Below the pieces are notes generated by a model. The model saw only the letters and a list, made by a program, of their open reading frames with translations. It had not been told where the DNA came from and searched no databases. Positions 29,552-39,533 of a DNA stretch of 64,000 nucleotides are shown here, in pieces (positions within the stretch are counted from its first letter, which is position 1; each line of letters begins with the position of its first letter). Source of the DNA: an uncultured Roseburia sp. GTDB lineage: Bacteria > Bacillota > Clostridia > Lachnospirales > Lachnospiraceae. The DNA is taken from positions 9,302 to 73,301 of the forward strand of contig CAYUKO010000001.1 of assembly GCA_964445375.1 (NCBI GenBank). Direction: 5' to 3'. A program made the translations under genes and the position numbers.

Positions 29552-31297
29552 TTAATGTAATGAAGTTTGTTCAATTTTTCCATCTTCCACTTTATAAATA
29601 ATATCACACTTTTCAATGGTATTAAGTCTATGCGCAATGATGACCATCGTCTTCTTGCCATGGAAGCTGTTGATTGCTTCCATAACAGCCTGCTCTGTTT
29701 CATTATCCAGTGCAGAGGTTGCTTCATCAAATACCAAAATCTCCGGGTTATGATAGAGCGCTCTTGCAATACCAAGTCGCTGTCTCTGACCACCCGAAAG
29801 TCTGACACCCCTGTCACCGATTGTTGTATCCAAGCCTTCCGGCAAAGTCTTAATAAAGTCTTTTAACTGTGCTTCCTCTAATACCTGCCAGATTCTTTCA
29901 TCATCGATTTCTTCATCTGCAATACCAAAAGCAATGTTATTTCTAATTGGTTCATCCACCAGATAAATAGCCTGTGGAATATAGCCTATCTGTGCAAGCC
30001 ATGCCGGATAGTTATCAAAGATATTCACACCATCACAGGTAATCGAACCCTCATGAACTCTCAATAATCCAAGTAAGATATCAACAATCGTGGATTTACC
30101 TGCACCGGATGGTCCCATAATACCAACCGACTTACCATAAGGCACTTCCATATGTGCATGGTCAAAAATCAGCTTGTCTGTATTTGGATAAGCATACACA
30201 ATATTCTTTAACTCAATCTTATCTCTTAGTTTAATCTCTACTGTAGAATCCTTAGATAACAAGTTCGGATTTGTTTTCTCGCTTATTGCATTAATATTCA
30301 TATTCTCATATACATAATCCAGACATGGCTTTTGGTACGCAATCTCTGTCATATACGTATTGATTCTGTTTGCACTAGGCATTAATCGCATCGCTGCCAA
30401 CGCAAATACAGATAATAATGGAATCATTTCCATAACATCATTTCCTGCCAGAATATATACGATCAAATAGCAAATAAAACTTGTCATAAATAAGGTTTCA
30501 ATCATTAATCTTGGCACATTATTCATAACAGAATATCTTCTTGCATAGCCGGCTCCAACTTTACCGGTATTCTCATAATTATCTGCAAAAAAAGCTTCCC
30601 TGTGAAGAACCTTTACATCCTTAATACCATAAATAGCCTGAATTCTCCACTTTGCAATTCTTGACTGAATTGCCTGATTCTTACTGCCAAGCTTTGATAA
30701 TCTTGGTTTCAATACCTTTAACATAAGTAAAGTAACGAATCCTAATACAACTACTACAAATAAGGTCATCTTCCAATCTGTTGCTATTAGAACACAGCTT
30801 AACAGTACAAATACTACCGATTCCGATACTAAGGAAATGATTGCCATAATCATATTAAATACATTCGGAATGTCACTGTCTGTCAAACGAAAAACGGTTG
30901 GAATATCTGCATCCAGATAGAATTCATACGGTCTGTTTAAAAACTCGCGAAGAACTCTGCTGATTAACTGATTTCGATTCGTACAAATAAAACGGTTCTG
31001 TTCATTTACCAGCACTAATAAGTAAAGATTCTTAATGATGTACATTACAATTAATAGAACTAGCAATGGTATCACCAAGTCCTGTGCGTCCTCAATATGC
31101 AGGAAATTCATTACTTTTTGTCCATACTTATTCTGGGCTATGGCATCCGGGCTAAGAATTGCCATAACAACAGGAAGCATTGCAGAAACACTTAATGTCT
31201 CCAATAATCCTCCAATAAAAATCATAACACCCAGAACTCCAATTTGTTTCTTCTGACTCTTATTCAAAATGTAGTTCAATTTTTTTAAGATTTCCAT
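29552..31297 (-). CDS. ABC transporter permease/ATPase, PglK/WlaB/HetA-like flippase
   Basis: Six-TM N-terminal domain, GPSGAGKST, LSGGQRQR, LVFDEATSALD, IAHRL. Confidence 0.92.
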   Translation of the reverse strand: MEILKKLNYILNKSQKKQIGVLGVMIFIGGLLETLSVSAMLPVVMAILSPDAIAQNKYGQKVMNFLHIEDAQDLVIPLLVLLIVMYIIKNLYLLVLVNEQNRFICTNRNQLISRVLREFLNRPYEFYLDADIPTVFRLTDSDIPNVFNMIMAIISLVSESVVFVLLSCVLIATDWKMTLFVVVVLGFVTLLMLKVLKPRLSKLGSKNQAIQSRIAKWRIQAIYGIKDVKVLHREAFFADNYENTGKVGAGYARRYSVMNNVPRLMIETLFMTSFICYLIVYILAGNDVMEMIPLLSVFALAAMRLMPSANRINTYMTEIAYQKPCLDYVYENMNINAISEKTNPNLLSKDSTVEIKLRDKIELKNIVYAYPNTDKLIFDHAHMEVPYGKSVGIMGPSGAGKSTIVDILLGLLRVHEGSITCDGVNIFDNYPAWLAQIGYIPQAIYLVDEPIRNNIAFGIADEEIDDERIWQVLEEAQLKDFIKTLPEGLDTTIGDRGVRLSGGQRQRLGIARALYHNPEILVFDEATSALDNETEQAVMEAINSFHGKKTMVIIAHRLNTIEKCDIIYKVEDGKIEQTSLH

Positions 31298-31321
31298 CTT
31301 TTTCCTCCTTAGGTCTATAAG

Positions 31322-32386
31322 CTACCTGAAAATACTTTCGTAATCGTAATTCAGATAATATTCCTTCTCTATTTCTAAACGCTCCAAATAATTATCTTTG
31401 GTTACAAGTCCATCTTCAGAAGCCATCCACTCTAAAATCTTAGAATTAATTTCTGCCGAATAATGCTCCTTGTCACGATAATTATCGGTATTTGTAATCA
31501 CATCGTACTTTTCATAGAAGTTAAACAGTTTTACATTCGGACACTCAAGAAGCAACTCTGTTGCAATCTGTTCTGCTTCAAACTGCATCTTCATCATGCC
31601 TTCCTGATTTAAAAAATCCCAGTAACAAATGCTATATGGTGTATAAAAAATGTAAAAAGTCGTATCCGGATACTGATTAACCAAATCAACAAAGTTCTCT
31701 TTGATATTAGCAGTAACCATCTCTCTTTCTTCTTCCGTGAGACCTTCTATCATGTCTGCTTTCTCTTCCCACCGGTCATAGCTTTGCATGATAAATGCAA
31801 GACCTGTCTCTTTATCCCAGGAAGAGTATTCATCCATAGTCGTACTAGACCGTCCTAATAATGTCTTTCCCACATTCGGTAATACGCCATGATACATAAT
31901 AGACTTATTGAACACATATGATACGTCGTTCCATGGATTCTCATCATATAAATATGTTGGATATCCTTCATATTGTGTCCAGTCTTTCTCTCTTATAAAT
32001 GCATTGTAGTCCATGGTCCAAATCACCGTTTTGAGATTCTCATTACGCTGCAATGCTCTCTCCAGATTCTCCGACAGCTCCTTGTAACCTGCTCCTGAAA
32101 AAGTCTCTTTCACGGACTGCGTTCCAAATAATGTATCTATTTCACTCGTCTTAAAGTTCTGTGCCATAGATGTTCCTGTCACAATGGCATCGTAATCAAA
32201 ATGCCTTGATATCCCATCATTTGTATATCGCTCATCATACAGCCTATACGATACAAATGAAAACGGCTTGTGAAAATGGAAATACGGATCAAACACATAC
32301 ACGACAGCAAATATAAGAAAAATTGTTCCAAACAGACATATTATGCACTTTTTAAACCATTTCTTTGATTGATTATTCTCTTTCAC
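31322..32386 (-). CDS. Membrane-anchored SGNH/DltD/AlgJ-like protein, partner of MBOAT
   Basis: N-terminal TM, IVTGTSM (block I Ser), YRDKEHY (DxxH); GTG start; downstream of an MBOAT. Confidence 0.72.
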   Translation of the reverse strand: MKENNQSKKWFKKCIICLFGTIFLIFAVVYVFDPYFHFHKPFSFVSYRLYDERYTNDGISRHFDYDAIVTGTSMAQNFKTSEIDTLFGTQSVKETFSGAGYKELSENLERALQRNENLKTVIWTMDYNAFIREKDWTQYEGYPTYLYDENPWNDVSYVFNKSIMYHGVLPNVGKTLLGRSSTTMDEYSSWDKETGLAFIMQSYDRWEEKADMIEGLTEEEREMVTANIKENFVDLVNQYPDTTFYIFYTPYSICYWDFLNQEGMMKMQFEAEQIATELLLECPNVKLFNFYEKYDVITNTDNYRDKEHYSAEINSKILEWMASEDGLVTKDNYLERLEIEKEYYLNYDYESIFR

Positions 32387-32436
32387 TTTCTAAATCCCTT
32401 GCTAGAAATGTAACCATTCAATACCTTCATAGTTAC

Positions 32437-33906
32437 CTAGAAATTAACATATAAAAACTCACTTACTTCCGATAGTGACAAAATACTCCATACCATAAGC
32501 AGTACAATAACGAAAATTCTGCCATTGGTGAATCGCATCTCCTTCACCTTTTCCTGCGTGTTCTTCATAAAGAAGCATGCAAGAAGCAAAACAATGACAA
32601 ATAGAATCAGAAGCATTCCCGGATAAGAAGTAATCACACCACTAAGTCCCAATCTATATAACAGCTTTATCTCTGTCATATCGTTAAATACTTCTGTGAT
32701 TGGTGCATAAATCGCTCCCCAATCTGCCACAAAGAACCTGCTCCATAAGTTTCTTGCCTGCTCCACGGAATCTGCCCTGAATAAGCTCCACGCAAAAGAA
32801 GCAAATACAAACGTTCCTGCAACACGAATCCCCTTTGGAATCCTGGCTAATACTGTCTTAACCGGTTTCCAGCGTTCTATGATATTCAATACTCCATGCA
32901 TAGCGCCCCATAAAAGAAAGCTCCAGTTTGCTCCATGCCAGAAGCCACTCACCAGAAATACAATCATGACATTGAGATATGTTCTGGCTGCGCCTTTTCT
33001 GTTTCCACCCAAAGGGATATAGACATATTTTGTAAAAAAGCGCGTTAATGTCATGTGCCATCTTGACCAGAAATCAATAATGGACTGCGCCTTATATGGT
33101 GAATTAAAATTAACAGGTAATTCGATGTTAAAGAAATATCCAACACCCGATGCCATATCGCAATAACCACTAAAATCAAAATAAATCTGTAGCGAATAGC
33201 AAATCATAACAAGTAATGTACTTGGTATATTTAACTCATGAATGCTGCCATAACCAATCGTAACAACCTTAGAAAGCGTATCTGCAAGCAGTACCTTCTT
33301 GGCAAGACCTAATGCAAATGCATAGATTCCCTTTGCTAAATTATCATAATTTAGTCTTTTATTCTCAATCTTGCGAAACTGTGGTATCAGCTCATGATGA
33401 TACGTAATCGGTCCCTGAATCAGCTTTGGAAAAAAGGTTACATATGCCGTATATTCCAAGAACCCGTATTTCTCGCAATCTCCTTTGTAATAGTCAATGA
33501 CATAAGACAATTGCTGGAATGTATAAAAGCTGATTCCTAACGGCAGAATCAATTCCAGCAGTGCAATATCCGTTTTGAATACCACATTCACATTTTCCAA
33601 AAAGAAATTGAAATACTTAAAATAAAGCAAAGCTCCTATATTCCATACCAAACCTGCCAGGAAAAGGCTTTTACGTCCAAGTTCTCCCTTAGCCCTTGAC
33701 ATTGCCTCAATCAATATATAATTTATCAGAATGCTAATCAGCAGTATCAACAGATAACTTGGATTCATATACCCGCAGAACCACATGGACATACCTGTTA
33801 AAAACGCCAACGCAAGCTTATACTGTTTCAAATAATTCAGTCCATAGTACCCAAACAATACCAATGGCAAAAACAAAAAGATAAAGATATAAGAATTAAA
33901 AAGCAT
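32437..33906 (-). CDS. MBOAT O-acyltransferase (AlgI/PatA/DltB-like)
   Basis: MLFNS, LPLGISFYTFQQ, YFDFSGYCDMA, FWSRWHMTL, VSGFWHGA. Confidence 0.93.
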   Translation of the reverse strand: MLFNSYIFIFLFLPLVLFGYYGLNYLKQYKLALAFLTGMSMWFCGYMNPSYLLILLISILINYILIEAMSRAKGELGRKSLFLAGLVWNIGALLYFKYFNFFLENVNVVFKTDIALLELILPLGISFYTFQQLSYVIDYYKGDCEKYGFLEYTAYVTFFPKLIQGPITYHHELIPQFRKIENKRLNYDNLAKGIYAFALGLAKKVLLADTLSKVVTIGYGSIHELNIPSTLLVMICYSLQIYFDFSGYCDMASGVGYFFNIELPVNFNSPYKAQSIIDFWSRWHMTLTRFFTKYVYIPLGGNRKGAARTYLNVMIVFLVSGFWHGANWSFLLWGAMHGVLNIIERWKPVKTVLARIPKGIRVAGTFVFASFAWSLFRADSVEQARNLWSRFFVADWGAIYAPITEVFNDMTEIKLLYRLGLSGVITSYPGMLLILFVIVLLLACFFMKNTQEKVKEMRFTNGRIFVIVLLMVWSILSLSEVSEFLYVNF

Positions 33907-33921
33907 ATCTGCTCCTTTGCT

Positions 33922-34944
33922 CTAGCTTCTACTCCTCAAGGGAATGATTACCTTTTCATATCCCTTTGTTATGCAACTGTAAAGCTCCGGACTTGCCAAT
34001 GCAAGCTTCATTCTGGCACGGTCACCTGCTGCTATAAAATCATTGTTGTATATTCTTTGAATCTCCTGCCGGTTACTCTTTAATTCCTCTGCAATCCTTC
34101 TTGCATAGTCACCACGTACCTGCTTTGATTCCTTCTTCCAATCCATATAGTAGAATAACAGCCTTCGATAATAATGATATGCCGCAAAATCTCCCATCTT
34201 TTCTGAAACATGCTCTCTGATATAAGCAATATGTTCCCTCCAGAAAGGAAGCTCATCCTGAAACATTCGCTCGCCACGCTTTACATTCATAATGCTTCCA
34301 TCACGGTCCAGCACATAATCATACAGACAACTGTCGATGTAAACGCCTCTGTCAGCCTTACAAAAAGCCTTCGTCGTATACATGATATCTTCAGAGTTTC
34401 TACCTGTCGGGAACGGTACACCATCTACGATTTCTCTTGCAAAGAGCTTGCTCCATACCGAATTATAGATAATATAATCATCATGACCGCCAATATAGAT
34501 CTTAAGAAGCTCTTCCCTGTCAAAAGCAGTCACTTTGTCATTTCCGCCTTGTATCGTATGGTCCTTATATACCTGTGCATATCGACAGACTGCAACCTGC
34601 GCATCATGTTCCACACATGCCTGATACATCTTCTCATACATATCCGGTTCAATCCAGTCATCACTGTCTACATATCCGATATATGCTCCGCTTGCAATGG
34701 CAAGTCCTGCATTTCTGGCATCTGACAGTCCACCATTTTGTTTATGAACAACCTTGATTCTGCTGTCTTTTCTCGCATACTCATCGCACATCTGTGAAGA
34801 CTTGTCCGTAGAACCATCATCTACTAAAATAATTTCCAGATTCGTATAGGTCTGCTGCCATATGGAATTCATACAACGTTCCAAATACTGCTCCATGTTA
34901 TAAACAGGAACAATAATGGATATTACATCCTTCTGCTGTGTCAT
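33922..34944 (-). CDS. GT2 glycosyltransferase (EpsJ-like)
   Basis: ISIIVPVYN, LVDDGSTD, NGGLSDARNAG, YVDSDDW; TAATG coupling to the upstream stop. Confidence 0.92.
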   Translation of the reverse strand: MTQQKDVISIIVPVYNMEQYLERCMNSIWQQTYTNLEIILVDDGSTDKSSQMCDEYARKDSRIKVVHKQNGGLSDARNAGLAIASGAYIGYVDSDDWIEPDMYEKMYQACVEHDAQVAVCRYAQVYKDHTIQGGNDKVTAFDREELLKIYIGGHDDYIIYNSVWSKLFAREIVDGVPFPTGRNSEDIMYTTKAFCKADRGVYIDSCLYDYVLDRDGSIMNVKRGERMFQDELPFWREHIAYIREHVSEKMGDFAAYHYYRRLLFYYMDWKKESKQVRGDYARRIAEELKSNRQEIQRIYNNDFIAAGDRARMKLALASPELYSCITKGYEKVIIPLRSRS

Positions 34945-35840
34945 TAACAAATATTTCCTTCTGCATCTATTAATATCCAGCCTGGCCAGTTTTCATGCAT
35001 CTGGTCTGCTGTTATCGTCTCATAGTTATCATGTTTCAGAGGGCGGATCATAAGCTTATCTGTATTCTGATTCAGTCTGGCGCCCCAGAAGCTAAAGGTC
35101 GAATTCGCACAAATATTATGCTTACACTGGCTCATCAGCTGCATATCAAAGAGGCTGTCCTCTCCCGTATTCCAATCTACAATACGGATATCCGCTCCCT
35201 GATAATGCGCTCTTACATATTCCACATCATCGGAAAAGATATAAAAGACTGGATTTTCCACCTGCTCTCTTATATACTGCATTGCTTTCTCATAATACGT
35301 ATCCGTACAGATTCCCATATAACGTTTTCCATCTGCCACGGACAGATAATCCGTTCTGCGGATATGAACACTGACTGCCTGTTCCTGTTTCATCTGCTCC
35401 ATACAGGCATAATTCTTAGGATTTGTACTTTGTGGAAATACCAGCTTTCTTTGAAGATTCTCTATTCTGTCCACATAATACCTCTCGCAGTCCCAGAACC
35501 CATACAGATAAACGTTATCTTGGCAAAAAAGTTCAGGCATATACTTTCCGTCATCCTTTAAGGTCTTATCCTGTCTGCCCAAAAGCTTTCTCCTGAGTCT
35601 GTCTGAAAAAGCCATGCTGTTATCCAGCAGTTTCGTTCTTTCTTCTTTCGTACAGACTTCGTATTCCAGATTTTCAAAACGGGTAAGCTCTAGGCTTCGC
35701 CATTCTTTCTCTTCTCCTGCTTCTTCTGTATATGCATGGAAATCCAGCTTTACTGCTTTCCCCATGCTCTTTAATTTCTCATACATCGCATACTGGTACA
35801 GTTGGTTTCCAAGTCCTCCCATAACATGTATGATTATCAT
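34944..35840 (-). CDS. GT11 alpha-1,2-fucosyltransferase-like glycosyltransferase
   Basis: GGLGNQLYQYA, GFWDCERYY, VHIRRTDY, FSDD, DMQLMSQCKHNICANSTFSFWGA. Confidence 0.92.
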   Translation of the reverse strand: MIIIHVMGGLGNQLYQYAMYEKLKSMGKAVKLDFHAYTEEAGEEKEWRSLELTRFENLEYEVCTKEERTKLLDNSMAFSDRLRRKLLGRQDKTLKDDGKYMPELFCQDNVYLYGFWDCERYYVDRIENLQRKLVFPQSTNPKNYACMEQMKQEQAVSVHIRRTDYLSVADGKRYMGICTDTYYEKAMQYIREQVENPVFYIFSDDVEYVRAHYQGADIRIVDWNTGEDSLFDMQLMSQCKHNICANSTFSFWGARLNQNTDKLMIRPLKHDNYETITADQMHENWPGWILIDAEGNIC

Positions 35841-35868
35841 AAGCGATACCTCTCTATATCTATGAATA

Positions 35869-37467
35869 TTACTCCGCTGCTTTTATTCCACCCTCCGGTG
35901 CTGTCAGAAGTAACAGCTCAGCAGTGGTATCTACCTGCTCCTCAATGGTATAACCATAGCTTTCCAGTGCTTTTGCAATGGTATCCACCTGCCCCGAAAC
36001 CACATAAAGTTTCTCTGGCAATCCATCCGGATACACTTCCGTTTCCAGAAATTCCAACCATTCCTCTGCTGAATACTGTAAAGAATCCAGATTCTGACTA
36101 CAGTATACATTCTCCCATTTATCCTCACTAAATTCCTCATCATGGGTAAAATAATATACAAACGGATATCTCTGATGGAAGTTTACATAAGTTGGAATCT
36201 CATATCCTTCATCCTCATACCAGATAGACACTACGCTTCTAAGGTCCATCTTCATCCAGTGATCATTGATTCTCTTTACACCATAACAGCAGAACAATAA
36301 TGTTGCCATTATAATAACACAACGTAATGCTGGAACTGCCTTTTTCATCCACTCTTTTCCAGTTTGGGTTACTATCTGTAAAAACTCATAAATCACGGTA
36401 ACAATGAGTATGAACCACATTGGAAGAATGAATAAATTATAACGGTTTCCGAACCAGCCATAAGCATAGATATTGAGTGTGGTTAAAACATAATAAACCA
36501 GATAAATACCAATGTTACAATTAATGAACATCTTCAGTTCTTTACGCTTCGTACAACGATACGTAATAATACCAACGATGAGCAACACAAATAGAATAAT
36601 CCAGATTGCCCAAGTCAGCTTATCCCAATCTCTGTCATAGTCAAGCATACACCAGCGAAGCACCCACATCATACTGTCAAAGAAATCCAGTATAATATTA
36701 TTTCCTGTTATCTCTAACGGCTTATCCACGCCCATGGTAGAAACAGGATTCTTCGACTGTGGAACCAAAAACAGTAAAATAAGTGGAACTCCTGCACCAA
36801 CTGCCGCAACAACATAGGAAATCAATGCGGTCTTAAGTGCCTTCCATTCTTTGCTCTTAACATAGTAATACAATAACTGTATTGCCATTGGAACCATAAC
36901 AAATGCCGCACCATAATGTGTATAGATATTAACAACACACAGCACCGTAAATCCCAGTACTCTCTTTATTGTTATCTTTTCCAGAATGTGAAGATACAGA
37001 TATACAGTCCAGATTATGAGCATAATCAACATACTGTATTCCGATGCTTCCTTAACATAATACTGGAGAATGTAGATGCTGGAAAAGGTAATTACTGACA
37101 ACGTAGCGGTAAAGCGGTTGCAGAGCTTCTTCATAACCAGATACAGTCCGATTACCGCGATAAATACCATTACTACGCTGGAAAAGCGATACCACCATCC
37201 ATCCTCGCTGATTTGCAGCCATAAACACATTACCCAGTTATAAAGTGGCGGTTGCTGCTGAATATTAGCCATTCTCTCATACATGGTTTCATATTGTGTG
37301 ATACCCTGAATCGCACCTTTTACTGGAATGGAACAATAAAATTCCATCGTCTCATCCTGCCAGATTGGTGCATCCATCAGCTTATACAATGCCAAAACCC
37401 AATAATACACAAAGGCAAGTCCTGCTGTAAGCCATTCGGGTAAACATATCTTATTCTTTAACTTCAT
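35869..37467 (-). CDS. GT-C glycosyltransferase (GT39/PMT_2/ArnT-like)
   Basis: WQDE in the first loop, QPPLY, YRFSSV, KEASEYS, YTHY; multi-TM with a C-terminal extracellular domain. Confidence 0.82.
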   Translation of the reverse strand: MKLKNKICLPEWLTAGLAFVYYWVLALYKLMDAPIWQDETMEFYCSIPVKGAIQGITQYETMYERMANIQQQPPLYNWVMCLWLQISEDGWWYRFSSVVMVFIAVIGLYLVMKKLCNRFTATLSVITFSSIYILQYYVKEASEYSMLIMLIIWTVYLYLHILEKITIKRVLGFTVLCVVNIYTHYGAAFVMVPMAIQLLYYYVKSKEWKALKTALISYVVAAVGAGVPLILLFLVPQSKNPVSTMGVDKPLEITGNNIILDFFDSMMWVLRWCMLDYDRDWDKLTWAIWIILFVLLIVGIITYRCTKRKELKMFINCNIGIYLVYYVLTTLNIYAYGWFGNRYNLFILPMWFILIVTVIYEFLQIVTQTGKEWMKKAVPALRCVIIMATLLFCCYGVKRINDHWMKMDLRSVVSIWYEDEGYEIPTYVNFHQRYPFVYYFTHDEEFSEDKWENVYCSQNLDSLQYSAEEWLEFLETEVYPDGLPEKLYVVSGQVDTIAKALESYGYTIEEQVDTTAELLLLTAPEGGIKAAE

Positions 37468-37481
37468 TTCCTGCCAATCCT

Positions 37482-39365
37482 CTATTTATGATAAATGTCA
37501 CACATCCAGCTCTGGAACATTAAGATATACCAAATCTGAATTCGCCAGTTATCATTTTCCACATAATCCTTCCAGATTCTCCAAACGGCATCTGGATTCA
37601 GGATTCCCTGCTGCTCTAATGTTTTTCTATCAATGAGGCTTTCTGCCCATGCACGAAGCTCTGGCTCTTTGAGCCACTTCATGATTGGAATGGAAAAGCC
37701 TTTCTTTGGTCTGTCCATCATTTCCTTTGGTACATAACGATACAGAACATCCTTTAAGACAAGCTTGCCTTCCTCGCCCTGCTTCTTATATTCCATAGGA
37801 ATCGTCCATGCAAATTCCACAACATCCTTATCAAGCATAGGAACTCTTGTTTCCAGTGACACTGCCATTGCCGTTCTGTCCACCTTAACAAGAATATCAT
37901 CCGGATGATATACCTCCATATCCATCAGCATAATACGGTTTCTGGTATCTTCAAGTTCCCCGTAAGGTCTATTATTATGCTTATAGGAATACACTTCTTT
38001 CTCCAATGCAATATCCAGGTTTGAAGCCTCCTGTGCATTAGAAAGTTCATACAGATGCTCAGGACTCTTAGCACCAAGCAAATATGCCTTCGTCTGTAGT
38101 ACCTGATTATTCTTTCCAAACGGGCAGTGAATCAGCAAATCACTACATAGCTTTCTTACTCTATACGGAACACCCTGCATCTTTCCCCAGATTCTATCAA
38201 TAGACGGATAAGTCATATAACCACAGAATAGCTCATCACCACCATCTCCGCTTAAGGATACGGTTACATGCTCTCTTGTCATCTTACTTACCAGATAAGT
38301 CGGAATCTGTGAAGAATCTGCAAATGGCTCTGCAAACATCCACGAAAGCTTCGGAATGACTGCTTTTGCATCCTCTTCTGTAATGTAAAGCTCCGTATGT
38401 TCTGTTCCTAAATGCTTTGCAATCTCCTTAGCAAAAGTAGCTTCATTGTACTTAGGATCATCCATACCAATCGTGAAGCTTCTTACCTTCTGATTAGACT
38501 GCGCCTGCATCAATGCCACAGTGGTACTGCTGTCAATTCCTGCCGATAAAAAGGCTCCAACTGGAACATCTGCTACCATCTGATCTTTAATGGATGCCTT
38601 TAACAATCTTTCCAGTTCATCTGCGGCTTCCTCTCTGCTTCCCTTAAACGGATGCGCCTGTCCATACTTTGCAGCCTCTCTGACTGACCAGTAGGTACTA
38701 ATCTTAGGCTCCTTATATGGTGCATCTATTTCTATCATGCAGCCTGCATCCAACTTATAGATATCCTGATAAATAGAATACGGTGCCGGAATATAACCAT
38801 GAATAAAATAAATCTGAAGCACCTTGGTATCAATTTCGTTATGAAAATCCTCCAGGGCTGCAATACTTCCCAAATCTGAAGCAAATACGAAGCTTCCATT
38901 GACAAAGCCATAATAAAGCGGCTTCTCACCAATTCTGTCACGAATTAAGGTAAGCTTTCCTGTCTCTTTATCTAATAATGCAATGGCAAACATCCCCTTG
39001 CACATTGCAATGGTCTCTCTTACGCCATAAGCTTCAAAGGCTTCCAGTAATACTTCTGTGTCAGAACTTCCACGAAATGCTGTTACCTTCTTCTCTGCAA
39101 GAAGCTTGTCCCTGATCGTCTTATAATTATAGATTTCTCCATTAAACACACAGACATATCTTCCTGATGCGGAATGCATCGGCTGTGATCCATTCTCAGA
39201 CAAATCCACAATGGAAAGTCTTCTATGTCCAAATACAACGCTTGCATCCTCGTTTGCCCATATGCCTCCAGCATTTGGTCCACGATGATACATTCTCTCA
39301 TTCATCTTCTCTATATTTTCTTTCCAATTCTTAGGATGATTACAAAATCCTGCGATTCCACACAT
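37482..39365 (-). CDS. asnB: Asparagine synthase-like glutamine amidotransferase (polysaccharide amidation type)
   Basis: MCGIAG (N-terminal Cys), HRRLSI, FNGEIYN, RDRIGEKPLYY, LSAGIDSS, LSGDGGDELF, KVDRTAM, RPKKGF. Confidence 0.95.
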   Translation of the reverse strand: MCGIAGFCNHPKNWKENIEKMNERMYHRGPNAGGIWANEDASVVFGHRRLSIVDLSENGSQPMHSASGRYVCVFNGEIYNYKTIRDKLLAEKKVTAFRGSSDTEVLLEAFEAYGVRETIAMCKGMFAIALLDKETGKLTLIRDRIGEKPLYYGFVNGSFVFASDLGSIAALEDFHNEIDTKVLQIYFIHGYIPAPYSIYQDIYKLDAGCMIEIDAPYKEPKISTYWSVREAAKYGQAHPFKGSREEAADELERLLKASIKDQMVADVPVGAFLSAGIDSSTTVALMQAQSNQKVRSFTIGMDDPKYNEATFAKEIAKHLGTEHTELYITEEDAKAVIPKLSWMFAEPFADSSQIPTYLVSKMTREHVTVSLSGDGGDELFCGYMTYPSIDRIWGKMQGVPYRVRKLCSDLLIHCPFGKNNQVLQTKAYLLGAKSPEHLYELSNAQEASNLDIALEKEVYSYKHNNRPYGELEDTRNRIMLMDMEVYHPDDILVKVDRTAMAVSLETRVPMLDKDVVEFAWTIPMEYKKQGEEGKLVLKDVLYRYVPKEMMDRPKKGFSIPIMKWLKEPELRAWAESLIDRKTLEQQGILNPDAVWRIWKDYVENDNWRIQIWYILMFQSWMCDIYHK

Positions 39366-39437
39366 GCCCTCTCACTCCTATCCTTGAATCCTTATATCTT
39401 ATACATATTGATTCTGCATACACAATTCCATCATTAG

Positions 39438-39466
39438 ATAATAACATAATTGCCCCTTATTTTCAA
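39438..39466 (-). promoter_or_regulatory. Sigma-A-like promoter (extended -10) for unit B
   Basis: TTGAAA (39466-39461), 17 nt spacer ending TGT, TATTAT (39443-39438), in a 166-nt intergenic gap after a terminator. Confidence 0.72.
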
Positions 39467-39505
39467 TGTTTCCCTCTTTTATCCAGTCTATCCCCATAAT
39501 CACCC

Positions 39506-39533
39506 AAAAGAAAAAGACCATCCATGTGGTCTT
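39506..39533 (-). terminator. Intrinsic terminator ending unit A
   Basis: AAGACCA-CATGGA-TGGTCTT stem-loop followed by TTTCTTTT, overlapping the 39532 stop codon. Confidence 0.75.
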
